Positions 7,699 to 17,407 of a stretch of DNA of 64,000 bases are shown piece by piece (within the stretch, counting starts at the first letter, position 1; each line of letters starts with the position of its first letter). A program made the translations under genes and the position numbers. Source of the DNA: a virus. The notes under the pieces were generated by a model. The model saw only the letters and a list, made by a program, of their open reading frames with translations, was not told the origin of the DNA and did no database searches. The stretch lies in IMG/VR virus record IMGVR_UViG_3300020724_000005. One strand, 5' to 3'.

Positions 7699-8372
7699 TC
7701 TATTGTAGGAGATAGGAATTGATTTTCACAATGAGTTGAATATCCTGAGATACAGGAAATAAGATTGGATCCATGATTCCATAATTCTAAAAACTTAGTG
7801 TGATCATATCCATCATGAGTATATTCTGGTAAGCAGTATTTTATATGAAAATCTAACCAATGTTTTTTAAAAGTCTTCCATCGAGCTGCATATGTATTAC
7901 AAGTAGAGGGAGTTGTTCTCCAATGACATGATTGAGTATGAAGTATTTTTGATTGGAGATTATCATACATAGGTAAAAAGTATTTATCTGGGTGATCATA
8001 CAGAGTTACATAGTCTACATTAAAGGAATTAAAAGATTCCAATAGTACTCGATCCCAACCATCTTTATGTAAATAATCATCTTCTATTATGTAAACTATA
8101 TCTTCATCTTCTAAATTACAAGATTCTATATAATTAAGAGCATATAGTAAACTAGAAGCATCATTGCCCCCAATAAATTCTACTATCTTGTCTTCATAAT
8201 CAAATTTAAAATGATGATCTTCTTTTGTTCCATCTAGTAAAATAGTTAAGTCTATATCTGCTTTCTTAATAGATCTATAGCATTTTTCATAAGAAAACCA
8301 AGATGGTCTAACATCTAATTTCCGTTTATTAGCACCATTCCAATGACGAAGAAATACTTTTATTTTATTCAT
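7683..8372 (-). CDS. hypothetical protein, possible nucleotide-sugar transferase
   Basis: 229-aa ORF. IVYIIEDDYLH resembles a DxD motif. Otherwise unassigned. Confidence 0.7.
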   Translation of the reverse strand: MNKIKVFLRHWNGANKRKLDVRPSWFSYEKCYRSIKKADIDLTILLDGTKEDHHFKFDYEDKIVEFIGGNDASSLLYALNYIESCNLEDEDIVYIIEDDYLHKDGWDRVLLESFNSFNVDYVTLYDHPDKYFLPMYDNLQSKILHTQSCHWRTTPSTCNTYAARWKTFKKHWLDFHIKYCLPEYTHDGYDHTKFLELWNHGSNLISCISGYSTHCENQFLSPTIDWSKI

Positions 8373-9033
8373 GACAAATCCATTTACTAGCTATTAATGA
8401 TTTTATCGGACTTAAATCTTTATCTAAAGGTTTTCTTGGATATAAATGAAGATTTTTAGAGAGATTTAAAGATTCTATAATAAAAAATAAAGCTGTAGAA
8501 ACTGTGTAAATCTCAGTAGCTTGTTCTAATATTCCACACCAATCAAGCAAAGTATATCCATCAATATACTCTTGATAAATTATTTTTAGATTCGAATCAA
8601 TTTTTATATCAACTTTATAACTATATTCTTTAGATGCAAAATTATTATTAATGAATATAAACTTATCATTTGAATCAATATTTAATAATTTTTTAAGTTC
8701 TGATTCTTTTTTGTGATTTCTTTTAAAAGATAAAGATCTCCACATACTTAAATCAACATTAAATAATTTATATTTCGCTTCCATACAATCTTGAGATTCT
8801 GGAAATATTGAATGAGCATGTTGGAACGGGACTTCAATATAGTCTAAATATAAATTTTTGTCGAACTTAGATTGTTCAATAAAAGTTAAATTATCAATCT
8901 CTATATAATCTTTTATCCAATAATAATGATCTACTACTGGCCACACAGTATGTTCTGCATCTATTAGTTTTACTATAGGACTTATGAATAGTATGTCTCC
9001 TATTCCAAAAGGTTGATTAATTACTACTTTCAT
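8365..9033 (-). CDS. hypothetical protein in glycosylation island
   Basis: 222-aa, very AT-rich ORF. The N-terminal GIGDILFISP is only loosely glycosyltransferase-like. Confidence 0.7.
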   Translation of the reverse strand: MKVVINQPFGIGDILFISPIVKLIDAEHTVWPVVDHYYWIKDYIEIDNLTFIEQSKFDKNLYLDYIEVPFQHAHSIFPESQDCMEAKYKLFNVDLSMWRSLSFKRNHKKESELKKLLNIDSNDKFIFINNNFASKEYSYKVDIKIDSNLKIIYQEYIDGYTLLDWCGILEQATEIYTVSTALFFIIESLNLSKNLHLYPRKPLDKDLSPIKSLIASKWICHE

Positions 9034-9772
9034 AGATTTTATTTAGTCTATCTTTTACTGTATCATTAAAAAGATCAAAGTCTAGCTTTTTTGCCCCATG
9101 TCCACCAGCGTGATGTAATATTTTAATTTTTTTATTATTTAAAACTAAATCATCTCCAATAATACTAATTTGTTTCCAACTATCCCAATGAGTATTATTC
9201 CCAAATAGATTTGAAATACCGTAATATACACCTGATTCTTTTGGATCTAAAATTTTTGTTTTATAACTTAGCTGTAATTCATTTAAAACTGACTGTTCTT
9301 GGAATGGTAGATTATTTCCATAAGATATATTTCTATGAATCCATTCTTCCAATAGGGTTTTATTGGTAATAGCAACTAATCCAGCATTTAGATAATTTTG
9401 TGGATCTATATTTTGTTGAGTAATGTAGTGATCTTTTCCTGCTTTGTTATAATCATTGTTATTTCTAACTCCTATAATATCAAACTGAAGATTGCTTTCA
9501 TCTAATAATTCATCAAGCTTTCCGACAATCATAGAGTCTGCATCAAAATGAACTACAATATCGTAATCATCTATAAGTTGATATGATACTATTGGGTTTA
9601 GAGTATTCCAGTTTATATTAGGATGTATGGAAAATAGATCAGAAATTTCTTTGTCTCCAAAACAATAAAAATCTATTTCTGGATGGAAATGTTTTATAGA
9701 CTTACGTAATTTATCGGCTCCTATACTATAATACCAATTATCAGAGACATGAGTGCAAAATGCTACCTTCAT
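9017..9772 (-). CDS. GT8-like glycosyltransferase (paralog 1)
   Basis: DIVVHFDADSMIVGKLDELL (DxD) and HHAGG. Alignable by eye along its length to ORF 9772..10542. Confidence 0.7.
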   Translation of the reverse strand: MKVAFCTHVSDNWYYSIGADKLRKSIKHFHPEIDFYCFGDKEISDLFSIHPNINWNTLNPIVSYQLIDDYDIVVHFDADSMIVGKLDELLDESNLQFDIIGVRNNNDYNKAGKDHYITQQNIDPQNYLNAGLVAITNKTLLEEWIHRNISYGNNLPFQEQSVLNELQLSYKTKILDPKESGVYYGISNLFGNNTHWDSWKQISIIGDDLVLNNKKIKILHHAGGHGAKKLDFDLFNDTVKDRLNKIYESSN

Positions 9773-10542
9773 TATTTAACTATATTACTATATATGAAAT
9801 TTACAACTTCAGAAGAAAATAAACTACTAGGGTGCGCTTTATTATTTCCTCCTCCGGCAAAGTGATAAGCTTTTATAGGTTTTCCATCTAATTCTAATCT
9901 TCCATTTGACACAACTATTTGATTTTCTCTTCCTAAAGCAGAACATCCATAATAACAAGAAAAATTTGGATCTGTATACTCAAAAGCTCCCTCTAATACT
10001 TTAAATTTATAAGGAAGCATGTGACATATTATATTCAATATATCGTTTTCTTTATTTCCAAAAAGATCTGAATAATTTAATGACATATACTCATACTTAT
10101 CCCAAAAATCTTTAGATGTACTCGCTATTAAGCCACCTTGTATATATTTGTTAAATTGAATTAATTCACTACTTTTAAAAACTCCGCAAGAACTAGCAAA
10201 ACTATTTATTCCAATTCCAGAATTTAGATGTGAATTATAATTTGCAGGAGCTGATATATCATAGTCTCCTATTAATATTTCAGATAATTCCCCTAATATT
10301 AAATGATCGGCATCTATATTAACAACTAGATCATAATCATTATATAATTTTTTTGCAAAGGTTGCTTTTGAATTATAAAAATTCAATCTAGAATCTTCAG
10401 AAAAAGTATTATCTATATCTTTTTGTCCAAATATAATTAAATCTATATCTGGATGAAAATTTTTAAAAGATTTTATAAATTCATCAGTTCTGCATCCATG
10501 ATAATGACTATCGCCTATAATGATATAAAAAGCTGTTTTCAT
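9772..10542 (-). CDS. GT8-like glycosyltransferase (paralog 2)
   Basis: DLVVNIDADHLILGELSEIL and HFAGGG. Shares MK.AF, F.NFHP.ID..FG.K.I and the DAD block with the neighbour. Confidence 0.7.
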   Translation of the reverse strand: MKTAFYIIIGDSHYHGCRTDEFIKSFKNFHPDIDLIIFGQKDIDNTFSEDSRLNFYNSKATFAKKLYNDYDLVVNIDADHLILGELSEILIGDYDISAPANYNSHLNSGIGINSFASSCGVFKSSELIQFNKYIQGGLIASTSKDFWDKYEYMSLNYSDLFGNKENDILNIICHMLPYKFKVLEGAFEYTDPNFSCYYGCSALGRENQIVVSNGRLELDGKPIKAYHFAGGGNNKAHPSSLFSSEVVNFIYSNIVK

Positions 10543-10552
10543 TTTTATTTTT

Positions 10553-11245
10553 TTATAATTTTAAACAAAATAATCCATCTGGTCCGAAGTGTTTTATTTC
10601 ATATCCGTACTTAATAAAGATTTGTTCAAATATCGCTCTTTGTTCTGTATAACCAACTCCACCAACTTCGTGAAATTCAATTAAGATCTTAGAAACTATG
10701 TTACTCATAAAAGAGATTACGTCTTCATTTAAAGCTATTGTCTCTGATCCTTCAATATCCATTTTTATAAAATCGACCTTTTTTAATTTTAAAGATTGTA
10801 TAAGATCTTTTATCGAATAGCTATTAACTTCAAAACTATTTTCTCCTCTGTTAATAAGAGAATTCATTGTAGTATTTGAAAAAAAGCTATAAAAAATATC
10901 TGTTCCTGTTTTATTAGATATTGCACCTTGAATCCTATTTATATTCGAATATGATTCCGTCAATTTAGTCAATAGATTAAAATGATTAGGAGTAGGTTCA
11001 ACACAGTATATTTTTTTTGCCCATGGACTAATATGTAAAGCGAATAGACCGATATTTGCACCTAAATCTAATATAATCTTATCATTCTTATCTATAAATT
11101 TATTATAATAATCTTGATCATTAAATTGAGTTAATATCTCTTTAGTGCAATTTCTGGTATCATTAAAGTGATTTTCTAATTCTAAAGAATTTAATTCTAT
11201 AGTAATAATACTTCCATCTATTAATTTTAAATTTCTCTTATCCAT
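10553..11245 (-). CDS. FkbM-family methyltransferase
   Basis: ILDLGANIGLFAL, CVEPTP and FIKMDIEGSE. Confidence 0.85.
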   Translation of the reverse strand: MDKRNLKLIDGSIITIELNSLELENHFNDTRNCTKEILTQFNDQDYYNKFIDKNDKIILDLGANIGLFALHISPWAKKIYCVEPTPNHFNLLTKLTESYSNINRIQGAISNKTGTDIFYSFFSNTTMNSLINRGENSFEVNSYSIKDLIQSLKLKKVDFIKMDIEGSETIALNEDVISFMSNIVSKILIEFHEVGGVGYTEQRAIFEQIFIKYGYEIKHFGPDGLFCLKL

Positions 11246-11261
11246 TTTATAATTTTTTCAA

Positions 11262-11756
11262 TTAATTTTTTTGTCCCATTGCCATAAACGCATTATTCAA
11301 GTCAACTCCAGAATAAAATATATTACTATATTTTCTATCTTTCATATAATCTACTATAATCTCAGCAGTAAAGATGTTTAAGTGTTTTCTATTATTCCAT
11401 GGTCTCCAATATTCTTGAGAATAATCTGGAAGATATAAAAATAAAGTACCCCCTATTTTTAATTTAGAAGTCCAATAGTCTAGTACATCAACCCAATTTT
11501 GTAAATGTTCTAAACAATGAGATGAAAATACATAATCTAAATCTTTATGAGGAAAATTTAATGCATCATATTTGATATCAATTTCAGGATCTATAGGAAT
11601 AGCTCCAGGGAACTTCCATTCTAATCTATTACAACCTATATCTACTCCCTGTCCCTTACATACATGTTTAGCGTATGGTATTGCAAATTGTGCTGCATAT
11701 CCTTCTGATTGGAATTTTGGATATTCTTTTTCTTTATATTTTAAAGTTTCTATCAT
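11262..11756 (-). CDS. class I SAM-dependent methyltransferase
   Basis: GVDIGCN, DYVFSSHCLEHL and LKIGGTLFLYLP. Confidence 0.75.
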   Translation of the reverse strand: MIETLKYKEKEYPKFQSEGYAAQFAIPYAKHVCKGQGVDIGCNRLEWKFPGAIPIDPEIDIKYDALNFPHKDLDYVFSSHCLEHLQNWVDVLDYWTSKLKIGGTLFLYLPDYSQEYWRPWNNRKHLNIFTAEIIVDYMKDRKYSNIFYSGVDLNNAFMAMGQKN

Positions 11757-11765
11757 AAGATAATT

Positions 11766-11861
11766 TTAATAACCTTCTTTATCTCCTCCTACAATTAAAA
11801 AATAACATGACAACCCTATTAATACTAAAAATAAAAAAATTAATAGAAAAACGTATTTCAT
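11766..11861 (-). CDS. possible 31-aa hydrophobic peptide (below ORF-track cutoff)
   Basis: Hand translation: MKYVFLLIFLFLVLIGLSCYFLIVGGDKEGY then stop. It fills the 11757-11863 gap between two genes. Confidence 0.3.
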   Translation of the reverse strand: MKYVFLLIFLFLVLIGLSCYFLIVGGDKEGY

Positions 11862-11863
11862 TT

Positions 11864-12487
11864 CTATATCGTCTCGTATAATTTATTTTGTTTCTCTTGT
11901 CTTTCTATGGTTTTCGGATGCAACAAACACCAATGATCTTCTGCTGGTAAGTGAGCATACGTAGATGTTCCTATCAACCTCTCATGTACTTTACCAGTCC
12001 ACTTTATCTCAGAGACGTTTCTCATGATCCTTGATTGGTAATCTGGGAAATTCACTCTGCCTTGTTCGTCTACGTTCCATCCCCACTTGTCTATGTACTC
12101 TTGTGTCAATCCCTCTACCGTGTTTATCCTAGGTACAAGAAACATATCTACTGTTGGATTTTGCTCAAGAAGAGAGGCTATATTAGACATCAAATACTCA
12201 TTCGGCACCTCATCAGCATCTATAAAAACAATATAATCCTTTTTGCAGAAATCCTTTATGTTGTTCTTGAAAGTGGCAAAATCTTTATTCAGCGGAAATT
12301 CAATCAGAGTTTCTATGTGATTTTTAAAACCAAACACTGCCATCTTAACCTCGTCTGATGCATTGGTATCTAACTGAACCACTATCTCATCTCCTTCAGA
12401 TTTATGGTCGCATAGCTCAGTAAGTAGTCTCTTCAGCTCTTCGTGTTCATTATAGGCTGTGATAGCATATGATATTGTTGGGATCAT
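11864..12487 (-). CDS. glycosyltransferase family 2 (GT-A)
   Basis: ISYAITAYNEHEEL, IVVQLD and VFIDADE. Confidence 0.85.
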   Translation of the reverse strand: MIPTISYAITAYNEHEELKRLLTELCDHKSEGDEIVVQLDTNASDEVKMAVFGFKNHIETLIEFPLNKDFATFKNNIKDFCKKDYIVFIDADEVPNEYLMSNIASLLEQNPTVDMFLVPRINTVEGLTQEYIDKWGWNVDEQGRVNFPDYQSRIMRNVSEIKWTGKVHERLIGTSTYAHLPAEDHWCLLHPKTIERQEKQNKLYETI

Positions 12488-13008
12488 TATTTTTTTCTTT
12501 TTATATAGAGTAAATTTCTCTTTTCATCATCTTTCACTTCATACTCTGATTTGTCTATTATTTGGTTTAAAGACATTCTATACAGTCTATATCTGATCTT
12601 ATCTGTTGGGTCTAACGTAATGTAATCTATTCCAAAATGATCTTCGTAAGATTTCATTAACGGTAATATTTCTTCTATAAAGATTTTAAGATGCGTATTG
12701 AATACTCTTTCATCTGTATATGGAGGCTTATCATATTTAGGTTTACCGTCTTCTCCTACCCAAAAAAACTTTATGGTAATTTGCTTATCTTCTACTCCTG
12801 GATTATAGTTTACTTTTGTATAGTGCTTTATATCATGCTTATCAAAGAATGACCATATAGACGATCCTTCTTTTTTATAATCGTAGATATTCCCTAGATC
12901 TATATTTTCACCTATTAACGTATAAGATTCTAACAGTATCTTTTCTAGTATATTAGACAATGTAAAACTAGAATCTGATTGAAGATTATGAAGTTCTTGA
13001 GTTCTCAT
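12487..13008 (-). CDS. hypothetical protein (173 aa)
   Basis: ORF track. No motif. Confidence 0.8.
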   Translation of the reverse strand: MRTQELHNLQSDSSFTLSNILEKILLESYTLIGENIDLGNIYDYKKEGSSIWSFFDKHDIKHYTKVNYNPGVEDKQITIKFFWVGEDGKPKYDKPPYTDERVFNTHLKIFIEEILPLMKSYEDHFGIDYITLDPTDKIRYRLYRMSLNQIIDKSEYEVKDDEKRNLLYIKRKK

Positions 13009-13466
13009 GCTTCTGTGTTTTCTAGTTCGAACAATCCCAGCTCGTCACACGCATCATAGAATCCGTCTTGACCGTGATTCTGTAAACTTTTAGGATCGCT
13101 CTTATGACTCTGCCCTTTAAATCGAGGCATCTTCATCTCCTTCTTCGTGAGCGGCATTGATTTGATGCTAGCCCATTGCCAGTCGTCTTTGGAAGTTCCT
13201 GTGACGAATACCACGCCCCTCTCTGGAGTGTTGATCACATTTGGATACCACACTCTCTTCTGCTCGTCTGTGTACTTTATGTCTTTATAAAGCTCTGGCA
13301 TCGTCTCCTCAAACGCCACAAGATCGAACTCTCCTTCTATCATCATATCATTTGCAAAGAATCCGCAGTTGAAACAGTTGTACGCCTTCTTGGTCTCGTT
13401 TATGTCTTGGGTATAACATGACTCTGGAGCTTTACACTTTGGGCATGTCGTTAAGTTCTCTATCAT
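13005..13466 (-). CDS. hypothetical zinc-ribbon protein (153 aa)
   Basis: N-terminal CPKC...CFNCG. Confidence 0.8.
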   Translation of the reverse strand: MIENLTTCPKCKAPESCYTQDINETKKAYNCFNCGFFANDMMIEGEFDLVAFEETMPELYKDIKYTDEQKRVWYPNVINTPERGVVFVTGTSKDDWQWASIKSMPLTKKEMKMPRFKGQSHKSDPKSLQNHGQDGFYDACDELGLFELENTEA

Positions 13467-13467
13467 T

Positions 13468-14250
13468 TTAGTTTATTTTATTTAGTTTACAATTATCAAA
13501 GTGGTATCTTTTCATATTTTGAATACTTCCTATTTTATCGCAGTAGGGGCATTCTATCTTTTTTTTAGGAATGCCTTTTGTAGCAGAACTAACAGCATCT
13601 TTAAATTCCTGAGAATGCTTTTTTCCTGTATGAGATAATCTTATTTTTTCTTTATGATCTTCTGTTAATTTTTTACCTAAACAATAAGAATTCCCCTTAT
13701 TAATAGATCTCATTAATTCAATCCACTCTTTAGATTTTTTTTCTCCCTTTTTAGAAATTCTATTAGCAAATCCAATTTTTTTCTTAGTTTCTTCAGATAT
13801 AGGATGACCTTTATGTTTATTTTTTCCAGTAATTATTTTACAATTATCAAAATGGTATCTTCTCATTGCTATATATCCTCCGACTTTATTACAATGAGGA
13901 CATTCAATTTTTCTTGTATTTTTTTCTACCATATTTTTAATTGATTCTATTGATTGTTTCAAACCTATTCCACCCTCTCCACCATCAGTTAAATTACATA
14001 AAGTACCCTCATTCAGATCTTTACGACCATATAGCTTTATGAATTCAACTTCTTTAGCACAAGCCTCTTCCCAAGTAAGATTATCAAGTATTATTTCTAC
14101 TTCATAGCCAAATTTAGATATATTACGCCAATGTTTAGTCCTATTATGAATAGAATATGCTCTTTTATACAAACCTTCAGTATCTGATCCTATTCCAATA
14201 TAAAAAGGTTCATTTTTGTCTAATCTTATATGTCTATAGAGATATGCCAT
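13468..14250 (-). CDS. GIY-YIG homing endonuclease with two CPxC..HFDNC zinc-finger modules
   Basis: YLYRH..FYIGIGS, CPHCNKVGG..YHFDNCK and CPYCDKIGS..YHFDNCK, plus NUMOD3-like repeats. Confidence 0.9.
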   Translation of the reverse strand: MAYLYRHIRLDKNEPFYIGIGSDTEGLYKRAYSIHNRTKHWRNISKFGYEVEIILDNLTWEEACAKEVEFIKLYGRKDLNEGTLCNLTDGGEGGIGLKQSIESIKNMVEKNTRKIECPHCNKVGGYIAMRRYHFDNCKIITGKNKHKGHPISEETKKKIGFANRISKKGEKKSKEWIELMRSINKGNSYCLGKKLTEDHKEKIRLSHTGKKHSQEFKDAVSSATKGIPKKKIECPYCDKIGSIQNMKRYHFDNCKLNKIN

Positions 14251-14286
14251 ATCTTTTTATTATAAATATCAGCATTTCTTTGTAGA

Positions 14287-15600
14287 TTAAGAATCACTGA
14301 CTTTGGTTAATTTTGGAAGATTTATTTTAGTTAATTTGGGCAGCTTCAGGGCCACTGGCTTTGGAACTGCTTCGAGATACGTACCGAGCTTGGTCTTCAT
14401 CGCCTCAAATGAGAAGTTGGTCTTCACGAAGTATGACTGCCTCTTTGCCGTGTCAACGTATTTGTTGTAGTTCTCAAACATGTCCTTCATCTTGTCTGCT
14501 GCGTACTTCATGTTTGCGCTGAACCACTTGGATCCCTGTATCAGCATGTTCTGTGCTTGGGCGGATGGGTGTATGTCTGTGAGTTCTCCCTGCACTAATA
14601 CAGCATACTCTGGACTGCAGAAGTCCATGTGACCTGACCATGCAGATACCAACGCAGGCTTCTTGCTCATGTAGTACTCTGCCAGTGGTCTTCCGAATCC
14701 TTCTCCCTTTGTCAGGTATAGCATCGCTTTGACCTTGTAGTGGTTGTACAGGTTGTTCATGTCATCGTCGTCAAGGTCTCCATGGAGCAGGTAGATGTTT
14801 GGAAGCTCTTTGGCCTTCACAGTCTTGCGTATCGCATCTATCTTCTCAAGGATCTCGTCTCTGTCCATGATGCTGTTGGTCCCTTTTGCCGTCTTGAGTA
14901 TCAGTGCTGGTTTCTTGCTCTGGTCTTTGAACGTCTCTAAGAACGTCTTTATCGTGAGTCCTAAGTTCTTTCTGTCCTCTCCCAGGTCTCCTTGCAGCCA
15001 GTGTCCTACGAAAAGGAAACAGAAGCTCTCTGGTATCTCATCTAGCGTAGTTACAAGATCAGTCTCTGACATATCTTCATCATCGACATAGTGATATTTA
15101 GTAAGGTCAATTCCCTCAAAGAGCACATCAACGGGGCGCTCCAGTTTGATCGTCCTCCTGACCTGTCCAGTTCTCTGGTCCTGCTCGTTGAACACTGACT
15201 CTTGGAACACCTTCTTTGCGTGCTCTGAGGACACTAGAGTGATGTTCATCCTGTTGCATCCGTCTATCCAGCCTGGATCGCACACCGTGGTCTCTATGCC
15301 GGCAGTCAATAAAACGTTATATTTTCCAATAGGCTGAGCTTCATTGGGTACAGTCACTTGACACCAAAAATCAGGTTGTTGAGTAAGTTGTTGAACATAC
15401 AGTGGTTTCATCCATCCATACTTATGCTCATGCTGATCTATGTACCCCCAAGGCGTGTTGCCCCAGCGTTGAGGAATTATCTTGATGTCCCACTCCTCTT
15501 TCTTGAGTTCATAGAGCGCTGTGACGAAATCTCTTGATCTTGCACCGTACCCACTGAACGTGTCGATCGGGCAACTTATTACTGCTAATGGTTTTATCAT
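14287..15600 (-). CDS. GT-B fold (GT4-like) glycosyltransferase
   Basis: 437 aa. The C-terminal GEGFGRPLAEYYMSKKPALVS resembles the E-x7-E region of retaining GT-B enzymes. Confidence 0.75.
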   Translation of the reverse strand: MIKPLAVISCPIDTFSGYGARSRDFVTALYELKKEEWDIKIIPQRWGNTPWGYIDQHEHKYGWMKPLYVQQLTQQPDFWCQVTVPNEAQPIGKYNVLLTAGIETTVCDPGWIDGCNRMNITLVSSEHAKKVFQESVFNEQDQRTGQVRRTIKLERPVDVLFEGIDLTKYHYVDDEDMSETDLVTTLDEIPESFCFLFVGHWLQGDLGEDRKNLGLTIKTFLETFKDQSKKPALILKTAKGTNSIMDRDEILEKIDAIRKTVKAKELPNIYLLHGDLDDDDMNNLYNHYKVKAMLYLTKGEGFGRPLAEYYMSKKPALVSAWSGHMDFCSPEYAVLVQGELTDIHPSAQAQNMLIQGSKWFSANMKYAADKMKDMFENYNKYVDTAKRQSYFVKTNFSFEAMKTKLGTYLEAVPKPVALKLPKLTKINLPKLTKVSDS

Positions 15601-15609
15601 AATGTTTGA

Positions 15610-16548
15610 TTAATAAACAAGGGGATGAGTGATTTTTTTACGTGGTAGTTCTGTTATCTTGATCAACTCGAATTGCTTACGGGGCTTGAAAGTGTCTATC
15701 GCCTTCTGAAGAGTCTCTGCTACTCCGTCTGCCATTGCCTGAGCTGTCATCTTTGATTCTGCGGACGTGACCCATTCTCTTCCTGCCATTCCACGTGTCA
15801 TCCTCTCTTCTGCGGTCATCTCGTATACCTGCTGTATGGCTTTGGCCACGTCTCTGAAGTCACATCTGTCGTCCAGTATGTATGGAGTCGGTATAGATCC
15901 TACTATGCTGAGGTTGCTTGGGAATACTGGCACTGCCCATTTTCCATGATCTTTGAAAGTTCCATAGTGATTTGATGGGATATCCTTGCTTGGAGTAAAC
16001 CATTTACCAGTCTTGTCTGTGAACCTCATCTGGTCTTGCATGCCGCCTGTGACATTGCCTATGATCATCCTTCCACACATCATAGACTCTGTTAAGCTCA
16101 GTCCCCAACCTTCATTTGATGATATGAGAGCTGTTGCGTCTGCCATGTTGTAGAGCAAGTTCATCTGCTGCGGCGTATATCTGTCTTCTGCAAAGTAGAC
16201 TTTCTGGTACGAAGGGTCGCAGAGAAGATCTACGACTTTTGTGAGGTCTGTGCCGTGTTCGTCTGCTCTCTGGGTGTGGAGCAGCAATGCACACTTCTTA
16301 GCTTTGTCTTTGCCTATGCTGTCGGTGAAAACGTTCCATGCTGCGATGAGATCTGAAGTCGATTTGCGTCTGATGTTTCTTGCATTGTATAGGATTACAA
16401 ACTCAGGCTCAAAGCTTCCGAATATGCTCTTCTTCATGTCCTTGAGAGCAGCTGTCGCATCTGTCATGAACTCTGTTATTGGGAAGAACATCTTGTGGTC
16501 TATGCCATGTGGAACATATTTTGTTAAAATATCTCTTTTATTACTCAT
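15610..16548 (-). CDS. glycosyltransferase, C-terminal Rossmann half of a split GT4-type gene
   Basis: VPHGIDHKMFFP at the N-terminus and ISSNEGWGLSLTESMMCGRMIIGNVTGG. It lacks an N-terminal acceptor domain. Confidence 0.8.
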   Translation of the reverse strand: MSNKRDILTKYVPHGIDHKMFFPITEFMTDATAALKDMKKSIFGSFEPEFVILYNARNIRRKSTSDLIAAWNVFTDSIGKDKAKKCALLLHTQRADEHGTDLTKVVDLLCDPSYQKVYFAEDRYTPQQMNLLYNMADATALISSNEGWGLSLTESMMCGRMIIGNVTGGMQDQMRFTDKTGKWFTPSKDIPSNHYGTFKDHGKWAVPVFPSNLSIVGSIPTPYILDDRCDFRDVAKAIQQVYEMTAEERMTRGMAGREWVTSAESKMTAQAMADGVAETLQKAIDTFKPRKQFELIKITELPRKKITHPLVY

Positions 16549-16665
16549 ATTCCTTATCTTGTTTTATAATGTTTACAATTTGTTGTGTAACCCATTTTGA
16601 TATCTTTAGAGATTTTTTATCACAATATTTTTTTATAATATCATAGTCTATTATATCAATATTAA

Positions 16666-17373
16666 TTACTCTATATTCTTGTTTGACTTTAGTATGTTTT
16701 CTAACCACGGTATATATCTTAAATTTTTAATATTTCCTATTTCTTCAGCTGGGATATTATTAGTAAATCCTAAACTTATTGGGTATATATGATCTAAGTG
16801 ATATCCATCATTTTTACTATTCCCTCTTTTATCATAATCTTTTAAAGTTTTTAAAGGTTGTGATCTTGTTATAGATCTTACTTTTAGATAATAAAGTCTT
16901 TTTTCTGTAGTCATAGCGTACCAATCTTCTAAACTGATACCATAATATCTCATTGCATTTATCTCTCTTCTCTTATTTTTATATTCCCCAGAATTCATCC
17001 AATCTTTATAGACCTTAGAGTTTTTCCTACTTTCACTCATATTCTTTTTCCACTCGCCGCTAAATTCTTGTCTTTTTTTACCTAATAGAGATTTACTTTT
17101 CTTTAAAGCTACCTCTTTAGCTTTTTCTTCTCCATATAGTTCTATTTCTGTTTTTCCTTTTCTGTATCTACTTACTCCAGCTGCTCTTTTTTTTATATGA
17201 TCTTCTGACTGTTTTTTCCCTTTTAGTGGAGATATTCTTCCACTATATGCGCACGATCTACAGTGACTATTATCATTTATTGCTCTATTTAATTTACTTG
17301 AATTAAAATATTTTATTTCTTTATTACATTTTGGGCATTTTCTAATATACTCCATAGTATCTATCTTTATCAT
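16666..17373 (-). CDS. HNH homing endonuclease inserted between the two glycosyltransferase halves
   Basis: CPKC...CRSC, NUMOD3-like KKQSEDHIKK, and C-terminal GYHLDHIYPIS...N..NLRYIPWLEN. Confidence 0.85.
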   Translation of the reverse strand: MIKIDTMEYIRKCPKCNKEIKYFNSSKLNRAINDNSHCRSCAYSGRISPLKGKKQSEDHIKKRAAGVSRYRKGKTEIELYGEEKAKEVALKKSKSLLGKKRQEFSGEWKKNMSESRKNSKVYKDWMNSGEYKNKRREINAMRYYGISLEDWYAMTTEKRLYYLKVRSITRSQPLKTLKDYDKRGNSKNDGYHLDHIYPISLGFTNNIPAEEIGNIKNLRYIPWLENILKSNKNIE

Positions 17374-17407
17374 AAATATATGAAAAAGTAATAGAAAATA
17401 ATATAAT

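Noticed and set aside
16549-17407. Group I intron carrying the HNH ORF inside the split glycosyltransferase
   Set aside because: Only 34 and 117 nt of very AT-rich non-coding sequence flank the HNH ORF. That is too short and unstructured for a P3-P9 core. Both glycosyltransferase halves have their own stop and start codons.
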